From Candidatus Lokiarchaeum ossiferum (GTDB lineage Archaea; Asgardarchaeota; Lokiarchaeia; Sigyniarchaeales; Promethearchaeaceae), in the NCBI GenBank assembly GCA_025839675.1, contig CP104013.1:2070001-2102000 (forward strand): 32,000 nucleotides of DNA. Direction: 5' to 3'. Below, piece by piece: positions 25,827 to 32,000 of this stretch. A program made the position numbers and the translations under genes. The number at the start of each line of letters is the position of its first letter. Position 1 is the stretch's first letter. The notes beneath the pieces are model-generated. The model ran no database searches. It saw nothing but the letters and a program-made list of their open reading frames with translations, and was not told the DNA's origin.

Positions 25827-27050
25827 TTGAATGTGGAAGAAAAATCACTCAAATCATCGATACTTTCCTTAATTTCAGAAGAATATAACCCTTCCAATGT
25901 TATTTCAACGCAAATCTCTTCGCCGAAATATATGTCAAGAAGTGAGATTTGTGATGTTTTACAGAGGATAGCACCTCTTGAAAAAGATACAGTGATAATA
26001 ATTAATGATCATGATCGATCCACACCCACAGCAACAATAATCCATTATTTAAGAGAACTCCAAAAAATCCCATTCCCCGTAACTTTCTTTGTAGCAACAG
26101 GAACTCATTCCCCAACGCCTTTAACAGCTGCCCAAAAATTATCTGATTGGAAAGAAGGAGATAAATTAGTTGTTCACAACTGTGATAATTATAACCAGCA
26201 TACTTTCGTTGGGATTACCTCCCGAAAGACCGAGGTTTGGGTGGAAAATTTAGTTGTAACTGCAAAAAACATCCTCACAATTAATAGTGTTGAACCCCAT
26301 TATTTTGCTGGATTTACGGGGGGCATCAAATCGATAATACCAGGATTAGCCGCCAGAAAAACAGTAGAACAAAATCATCGTTGGGCAATGAAACAAGAAT
26401 CACAAATTTTAGTTACCGAAGGTAATCCTTTATTCGAAGATTTATGGGAAGCAGGGAATTTGTGTCGAGATCTATCTCAAATTCAAACAATTCAAATGAT
26501 AAATCATGGAGAACAAATCAAGTATTTAGCGGTCGGTTCTTTAAAATCTGCATTCAATTATGCAAAATTGGCAGCTTTAGAATTTTTTGGATTCTCGATG
26601 ACGGAAAAAGTAGATCATATAATTTCGTTTGTTGCACCTCCATTAGATAGAACCCTATATCAGGCCCAAAAATCTATGGAAAATGTAAAGAAGGTTTTGA
26701 AAGACGGGGGAACTTTTCTATTAATTGCAGTATGCGATGACGGTATCGGAAACTCTAATTTCTTCCAACGGTTCTTGAGTTATGATTCTCCCCAATCTTT
26801 GATTAAGAAACTTTCCTTTAAACAGTATAAATTCGGGGATCATAAAGCCTTTTATTGGGGAAAGTTGGCCGATCGAGCGCAAATTTATTATATGGGGGAT
26901 TTATCCGATGAACAAATCCAGACCGCATTTATGAAAAAAATTTCTTTAGATTATTTAACAAACCTTTTAGAGAAATGGAATAAAAAAAAAGAAACACTTC
27001 TTGTCGATGTAGCAGGTGGATTTACATCGTGTTATGTGAAAAAAGATTAA
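25827..27050 (+). CDS. larA: LarA-family nickel-pincer-dependent 2-hydroxyacid racemase/epimerase (lactate racemase-like)
   Basis: IIINDHDRSTPTA, VATGTHSPTP, VEPHYFAGFTGGIKSIIPGLA and LKDGGTFLLIAVCDDGIGNSNF parallel L. plantarum LarA blocks, including the two catalytic His positions and the cofactor-binding Lys. The start is uncertain: TTG 25827 or GTG 25833, with no early ATG. Confidence 0.8.
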   Translation: MNVEEKSLKSSILSLISEEYNPSNVISTQISSPKYMSRSEICDVLQRIAPLEKDTVIIINDHDRSTPTATIIHYLRELQKIPFPVTFFVATGTHSPTPLTAAQKLSDWKEGDKLVVHNCDNYNQHTFVGITSRKTEVWVENLVVTAKNILTINSVEPHYFAGFTGGIKSIIPGLAARKTVEQNHRWAMKQESQILVTEGNPLFEDLWEAGNLCRDLSQIQTIQMINHGEQIKYLAVGSLKSAFNYAKLAALEFFGFSMTEKVDHIISFVAPPLDRTLYQAQKSMENVKKVLKDGGTFLLIAVCDDGIGNSNFFQRFLSYDSPQSLIKKLSFKQYKFGDHKAFYWGKLADRAQIYYMGDLSDEQIQTAFMKKISLDYLTNLLEKWNKKKETLLVDVAGGFTSCYVKKD

Positions 27051-27520
27051 GGAACCATTTTTTTATCTTTCGAGATATTTGGAACTACTTTTTTAGAATC
27101 TGGAGAACTCCATTTTTTCAAATAGTCTTCATAAGTAGCCATAATTCCATCAATATCAAGATCTTTTCCTTCTTTGATACTTTGTAATCCCATCAAAAGC
27201 ATTTTTGTTTGAGTTAAAGCAAATTGCTGACCTTTCATATCGCTAGTCAATAAAAAACGATGAGTCATTTCATTACTTTTCCGCTGATCTTGGGTCGATA
27301 TATTCCATTTATCTAATAAATATCCCGCAAATATTGTAATTAACACGAGTAGCGGAACAAATGCAATAATATATTCGATTTGGATTTCATATTCAGCCTT
27401 GACTAACATTAAGGCAGTAATGCTCGTCATAGCGAGTGTGAGATAAGACATGGCTAATTTAAAACGAGAGATCTGTTTTCCAATAAAATTAGATGTGATT
27501 TTTTTTTGTTGTTTAACCAT
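27047..27520 (-). CDS. small membrane protein (two N-terminal TM helices plus a soluble C-terminal part), unknown function
   Basis: 157-aa ORF. Hydrophobic segments are LAMSYLTLAMTSITALMLV and IIAFVPLLVLITIFAGYLL. It is divergent from the presenilin-like gene across a 162-bp spacer, and its 3' end overlaps the larA-like stop by 4 nt. Confidence 0.55.
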   Translation of the reverse strand: MVKQQKKITSNFIGKQISRFKLAMSYLTLAMTSITALMLVKAEYEIQIEYIIAFVPLLVLITIFAGYLLDKWNISTQDQRKSNEMTHRFLLTSDMKGQQFALTQTKMLLMGLQSIKEGKDLDIDGIMATYEDYLKKWSSPDSKKVVPNISKDKKMVP

Positions 27521-27682
27521 AAGCTAGAAGCGAAATGAGGCTTTTTAAATTCCTTGATACACTGAAAGAAATCCATTAATACACGCTATAAAAAGGAAGA
27601 CTCTTGGCCCAAAAGATCTGAACTTGTCTTTTTTTTGCAATAGCTGAATTAATTAATTTCCAACCCTTAATTTAGTGTAATA

Positions 27683-29047
27683 ATGGCTGAAATACCTACA
27701 GATGATACGAATAATTCCCCAGAACAACAAACAAATGATGCCTTTTCCTTAGTGTTTCGTAAACCTATTGATTCAAAAATAGCAGAGCAGCTAATTTCAG
27801 ACCTTCTAATTGAAGATCTACCAAGATACCAGATAAAACATCCAACCATGACAATAAACCCAATTTATCATGCTAATGGAGATTTATTGGCTATTGATTT
27901 TGGTATTCCTTTAACGAAAGCACTGAAAAGACAAATTGGAGAAGTTATCAAGTTAAAATACTACAAAATCACAGGAATTGATCCATCTACAGAAAAAGAG
28001 AGACCAATGACCTTCACAGATCTCTTAGGTACATATCGGATAAAATTGACCCGAATATACATTCCAATATTAATTTGCATTGGAATATCCACATTTTTAG
28101 CGTGGTTAACATCATTTCCCGCTGATGTAGAAATAAATGGAGCTACTTTTCCAGATGAAAATAATGCAGCAGAAATACTTCTCAATGGGCTTATTCCCGT
28201 CATATTAAGTGCAGTTTTCATAACAGTGTTGTGGTTACTAATCAAAAAATTTGGAATAATCGTGTTTAAAGTAATAATGGGCATATTAGTAGTCTTCTAT
28301 ACATGGTATGGAATTTTGTTTTTCGCAACTATTCTTGGAGGAGTTTTGCAAAAGAGCCTTCCCGTAAACCTCGGATTGGTCATATATATTGCCTATCTCG
28401 TAATAATTATTGGTTCAGCCATAGTATTACTTATTATGGGATATCTATTTTTCAAGAATCGCTTAGGAGTAAAGCAAAAGAACATTCTTGTCTTACTTTA
28501 TGGTATTTTTATGGGAGGATTAATTGGTCTTTATTTTCCAATGTGGACTACATTTTCCTTTGCTATTTTTCTATCAATTTGGGATTTAATCACCGTGTTT
28601 AAAGGACCCTTAGGAAAAATTGCAGGAATGTTACAAGAAGGACAAGCCCAAGCCAAAGAAAACCTCGATAATCAAGTCGCCAGAGGTGAATATACCAAAG
28701 AGGAAGCTCAAGAAATTAGTCAATTTTCTTCTTTACAAAATCAAGATATCCCCGATGAAGAACTCAAAGATCATTATAAAGAAATGGAAATCGAATTGGG
28801 ATCAGGTGACTTGATATTATATTCAGCACTTGTGGCAAATGTTTTTGTAAACACCCTCAAAGCAACAGAATCACTCTTCCATACATGGATATCCACCATT
28901 TTTGTTATTGTGGGAGTATTAAGTGGGGCAGCATTAACCATTTATCTCTTAATAACAAAACGGAGAATGTTACCGGCTCTACCTTTTAGCATGTTCTTTG
29001 GAATAGCGATGTTCTTTATTTCAAAATTATTTTTACTTCTCTTCTAA
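27683..29047 (+). CDS. presenilin/signal-peptide-peptidase family (A22, GxGD-type) intramembrane aspartyl protease homologue
   Basis: 454 aa, about nine hydrophobic helices. FLSIWDLITVFKGPLGKIAGMLQE contains Asp301 (codon 28583-28585). ELGSGDLILYSALV contains Asp376 (codon 28808-28810). MLPALPFSMFFG is the PAL motif (from 28973). Motif order and spacing are as in presenilins. Confidence 0.85.
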   Translation: MAEIPTDDTNNSPEQQTNDAFSLVFRKPIDSKIAEQLISDLLIEDLPRYQIKHPTMTINPIYHANGDLLAIDFGIPLTKALKRQIGEVIKLKYYKITGIDPSTEKERPMTFTDLLGTYRIKLTRIYIPILICIGISTFLAWLTSFPADVEINGATFPDENNAAEILLNGLIPVILSAVFITVLWLLIKKFGIIVFKVIMGILVVFYTWYGILFFATILGGVLQKSLPVNLGLVIYIAYLVIIIGSAIVLLIMGYLFFKNRLGVKQKNILVLLYGIFMGGLIGLYFPMWTTFSFAIFLSIWDLITVFKGPLGKIAGMLQEGQAQAKENLDNQVARGEYTKEEAQEISQFSSLQNQDIPDEELKDHYKEMEIELGSGDLILYSALVANVFVNTLKATESLFHTWISTIFVIVGVLSGAALTIYLLITKRRMLPALPFSMFFGIAMFFISKLFLLLF

Positions 29048-29117
29048 TCTTTTTTTACGACTCTTTTGATGTTTTTTTAGGATAATATTTTTATTATTAA
29101 CGGCGAAAGTTCTTTCT

Positions 29118-30674
29118 ATGAACATTTTGTTGAATTTTCATCTGCAAAATTTATATCCCTACGAAAATCAATCCATTCGAGAAGAATTTGCCTTTAATCA
29201 AACATTTGGTGAAATATTAGAGATCATTTTGAATAAATACTGCCCTAAATTAACTCTTGATCAGATTGCCGTTCTTTCTGATAAAAATTACATTTTTACT
29301 TTCGGAGATCTTTCAAAAACTTTAGGGGAGATTATGGGAACACATCTGACTGATTACATTCTGAAACCTCGGCAAGAAGTAAATGGTCCAAATTTAATGG
29401 GATTATCGGATATTCGACTTAAAAATGCGATTTCAGATGAAATTTCATTAGATCAGAATGAAACATTATCAATTGCTGAAGAGCTCGAGGCGGATAATAT
29501 ACTTTCTATGGAGGATCGAAAGGATTCTATCCAAAAAGAAAAAATTAGCTCAAAACCTTCAACATCCCCCTCTTTAGAACCGATTGAAAAGGAGAGCGAT
29601 AAACTTATGCCTCCAAGTCCACCTGGTGCACCTTCTGAAATACTCTCAGAATTTGGATCAGCAGGAGCCGTACCTACACCTCCATCTGCACCTAAACCAG
29701 CCCCAAAATCGGAAGCTCCTTTACCCCCACCACCTCCAACAATTGCTGCACCAATTCAAGAATATGAATCATCCTTAGACTTAGATAGAGATTCGACTCC
29801 AAAATTTCGATCTAAGAAGAAGCAAGCAAAGAGAGCAAAATCTTCAAGTAAATCGTTAACAAATCGTGAAGAATCTAAAAGGGAATCAATAGATTTCCTC
29901 GATGATTCTGAATTTCCCGAGAAAGTAGAAAGCGAAGAAGAATTGAACGAAGAATTTGCAAAATATGATGAACTTTTAGAACAACCAATGGAGAAGAAAA
30001 AAGATCCAACAGTTTTTCATAAAAATATCGCAATAGACTATTTCAGTGTCATGAATCCGGAAAAATATTATCCCATGGTTATTAATATTGCTGATCTTGA
30101 ACAGATGGTCAAACAAGATCAAGAAAATATATTAACAGGAGAACGAAAAACTCAAAAGAAAGATGCAATGGAAGTGGCACTATTGAGTCCGATTGTTACG
30201 GTTGTTCCTATATTTCCTGGCTGCAATGTGACACCTCCCTCAATTCAAACAAACTTTGAAAACCCTGAAGATGAAATTACATTCTATATTACTCCTTTAG
30301 TTAACGACGATTTGGATGAATGCAAGATCAACTTTGTGAATAGTGAGAATCAAATTGTTCATTCTGTTCCAACTCCATCTAAGGTTCAAGACCCGAGATA
30401 TGCACGGACGGTAGCCCTCTACGGAACATTGGCGAGTGTTATCCCCAAAATACTTATTATCTTCGGAATAGAAGTTGATAACCTTATTAATGCCTCCACT
30501 ATCAAACCTTTATTAGAAAGTTTGGTAGGTGCCATGTCTTTTACGAATCTTATTGGATATTTTGGAATTGGTTTGGCCCTTGTTATCAGTGCGATTATTT
30601 ATTTCACACGCAAACCAAAATCGGTCTTGAGACGTTATAAACTACAAGACTTGAGACGGAAGGCAAAAATTTGA
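29118..30674 (+). CDS. proline-rich, C-terminally membrane-anchored protein of unknown function
   Basis: 518 aa with no signal peptide. A PPSPPGAPS...VPTPPSAPKPAPKSEAPLPPPPPTIAAP tract spans aa ~146-212, followed by basic (KKKQAKRAKSSSK) and acidic (DDSEFPEKVESEEELNEEF) segments and a beta-rich domain. Two C-terminal hydrophobic helices and a basic tail (RKPKSVLRRYKLQDLRRKAKI) end the protein. It lies 70 nt downstream of the presenilin-like gene on the same strand. Confidence 0.7.
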   Translation: MNILLNFHLQNLYPYENQSIREEFAFNQTFGEILEIILNKYCPKLTLDQIAVLSDKNYIFTFGDLSKTLGEIMGTHLTDYILKPRQEVNGPNLMGLSDIRLKNAISDEISLDQNETLSIAEELEADNILSMEDRKDSIQKEKISSKPSTSPSLEPIEKESDKLMPPSPPGAPSEILSEFGSAGAVPTPPSAPKPAPKSEAPLPPPPPTIAAPIQEYESSLDLDRDSTPKFRSKKKQAKRAKSSSKSLTNREESKRESIDFLDDSEFPEKVESEEELNEEFAKYDELLEQPMEKKKDPTVFHKNIAIDYFSVMNPEKYYPMVINIADLEQMVKQDQENILTGERKTQKKDAMEVALLSPIVTVVPIFPGCNVTPPSIQTNFENPEDEITFYITPLVNDDLDECKINFVNSENQIVHSVPTPSKVQDPRYARTVALYGTLASVIPKILIIFGIEVDNLINASTIKPLLESLVGAMSFTNLIGYFGIGLALVISAIIYFTRKPKSVLRRYKLQDLRRKAKI

Positions 30675-30712
30675 AACAAAAAGACTCAAATACCCGAATT
30701 TTAGTATTTTTT

Positions 30713-32000
30713 TTAATATTTATTTTGAACATAGAGAAGATATTCATTTGGTTTCAGTGACCGGTTTAAACAGGGTTCTGTAACCAGCATTTTTGCCCCA
30801 AGGAGAGTAAGTTGATAAATAGGAGTATTAAAATCGAGGTAATATTTCAAATCGGGAATATAAATTGGATTTGAGATTTCCCAATCCTTGTTATAAATCA
30901 AGAACATTTTTTGATCTTCCATCATCGAAGATTTCTGGAGAAGTAAGATTCCTTGATTGTTATATTCAAATTGTTTTATTGGTCCATCTTCATTTAAACA
31001 TCCCCATTGCTTTTTGAACTCATTTATTAAAGCAATATCTTGTGAAATATCAAATTTCTTGGGACCCCAATCTTCGGGAGTGGTATTAACAACATCAGTT
31101 TTCTTTTGAAATCCAAATTCATATCCGCTAGTTATCATCACACCTGCGGAAAAAAATGCGGAGAATAAATAACAAAAAATCTGAGTATCCTTTCTTCCAC
31201 CAGTTTCCCATGCAAATCGAGGAGTATCATGATTTTCGGGAAAACTTACTGAAGGAGCAAATTTTCGGAAAGCATTATACTGCTCTAAACACCATGGAGC
31301 GGTAAAATCCCACCATTTCACACTGGTCGTAATAAAATCCATGCCTGCTTTTTCAACCTCCAAGTATTGATCCATGGTTGCACCTAAAGTCTCAGCCCAA
31401 AATACAGCATTAGGATAATTATTTTTCACATAAGAAATGAACTTTCGCCAGATTGGAGTGGGAACTTGGTAGGCAGCATCACAACGAAACCCATCAACAC
31501 CCATTTTTAAATTGAAATCAAGAAAACGACAGAAATAGGACTCAATTTCAGAATAATCCGGAGAATTAAAATCAATTTCAGCTAAATCACCCCAAATTTG
31601 GAGCTCCTTCGTGTTATCTGGATTCACAGCATAAGCGTTAGCAACATCCCAAACAATTCTGAATTCGTCTTCTGGATATTTCTTAGAACTAGGTTTTTCA
31701 TCTTTATCATAAAACATAACAATTGCATCGGATTGCTTTTTTTTCACAATCCACTTCATCTTGTACCATGTTGGATGCTCTTGGACCATATCAACAGCAG
31801 TATGGTTTATTACCAAATCTACCATGACTTTAATACCATTCTCGTGACATTGTTCAATAAAAGTCTGAAAAGATGTCCAAGTTTTTTGATCTTCAACTGA
31901 TTGAGCAAAAATGGGATTCATAGTAAAATAATCTTTAATGGAATAAAGGGATCCAGAAAATCCAACGTTATTTAAAGGATTAACATAAATCCAGTTAAAT
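30713..32000 (-). CDS. GH13 alpha-amylase-family glycoside hydrolase/transferase, with its 5' end beyond the window
   Basis: GH13 regions I-IV are present: VDLVINHTA, GVDGFRCDAAYQVP, VFWAETLG, FPENHDTPR. The reading frame stays open upstream of ATG 31921 to the window edge (...FNWIYVNPLNNVGFSGSLYSIKDYFTMNPIF), which is typical GH13 N-terminal sequence, so the gene is truncated by the window. Confidence 0.85.
   Translation of the reverse strand, partial: FNWIYVNPLNNVGFSGSLYSIKDYFTMNPIFAQSVEDQKTWTSFQTFIEQCHENGIKVMVDLVINHTAVDMVQEHPTWYKMKWIVKKKQSDAIVMFYDKDEKPSSKKYPEDEFRIVWDVANAYAVNPDNTKELQIWGDLAEIDFNSPDYSEIESYFCRFLDFNLKMGVDGFRCDAAYQVPTPIWRKFISYVKNNYPNAVFWAETLGATMDQYLEVEKAGMDFITTSVKWWDFTAPWCLEQYNAFRKFAPSVSFPENHDTPRFAWETGGRKDTQIFCYLFSAFFSAGVMITSGYEFGFQKKTDVVNTTPEDWGPKKFDISQDIALINEFKKQWGCLNEDGPIKQFEYNNQGILLLQKSSMMEDQKMFLIYNKDWEISNPIYIPDLKYYLDFNTPIYQLTLLGAKMLVTEPCLNRSLKPNEYLLYVQNKY

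Noticed and set aside
28303-28814. Plus-strand alternative-frame ORFs (28303-28602, 28620-28814) and the minus-strand ORF 27961-28284 within the presenilin-like gene.
   Set aside because: They are out of frame with a CDS that carries the complete YD/GxGD/PAL motif set. Their translations are low-complexity.
29584-29778. A 64-aa alternative-frame ORF with HLHLHL repeats in the proline-rich region.
   Set aside because: It is a frame-shifted reading of the CCN/GCN-rich polyproline tract, so it is an artefact of the codon periodicity.
1-32000. A search for CRISPR arrays, rRNA or tRNA genes, transposases or integrases, and toxin-antitoxin or other defence modules.
   Set aside because: I found no regularly spaced direct repeats, no GC-rich RNA-gene-sized islands other than the 25.6-kb element, and no recognisable recombinase, nuclease or defence-type motifs in any ORF.

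Overview
The window is visibly AT-rich and gene-dense, with about 23 credible CDS, no rRNA or tRNA, no CRISPR array and no recognisable transposase. It reads as archaeal: it has a fused ADP-forming acetyl-CoA synthetase, a presenilin-type intramembrane protease, GGTGA-type ribosome-binding sites, and oligo-T tracts of 8-14 nt after genes that look like terminators. Several eukaryote-like features are also present: the presenilin homologue, a polyproline-tract protein, longin/roadblock-like domains and very long coiled-coil proteins. These would fit an Asgard (Loki/Prometheoarchaeia-like) genome, but that is inference only, since I could run no search. All product calls come from motifs read by eye.

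Gene content falls into three groups:
- Organic-acid and acyl-CoA metabolism: ACD, two stand-alone PtaN-like (P-loop + DRTGG) paralogues, a PrpE-type AMP-forming acyl-CoA synthetase divergent from an OFA-type MFS transporter, a catalytic-domain-only E2-like acyltransferase, and a LarA-family 2-hydroxyacid racemase.
- Salvage and housekeeping: an AzgA/NCS2 purine permease, a PNP/UDP-family nucleoside phosphorylase, a U32 peptidase and a GH13 glycosidase cut by the window edge.
- Envelope and possible cell-biology genes: an Lnt-like membrane CN-hydrolase, a 7-TM protein with a longin-like tail, two tandem giant coiled-coil proteins, an 858-aa surface-anchored protein, the presenilin homologue and the adjacent proline-rich membrane-anchored protein.

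The clearest structure that no CDS explains is an ~80-95 bp element present three times around the acyltransferase gene. The two outer copies are in inverted orientation, and one copy forms a GC-rich island followed by a T8 tract.
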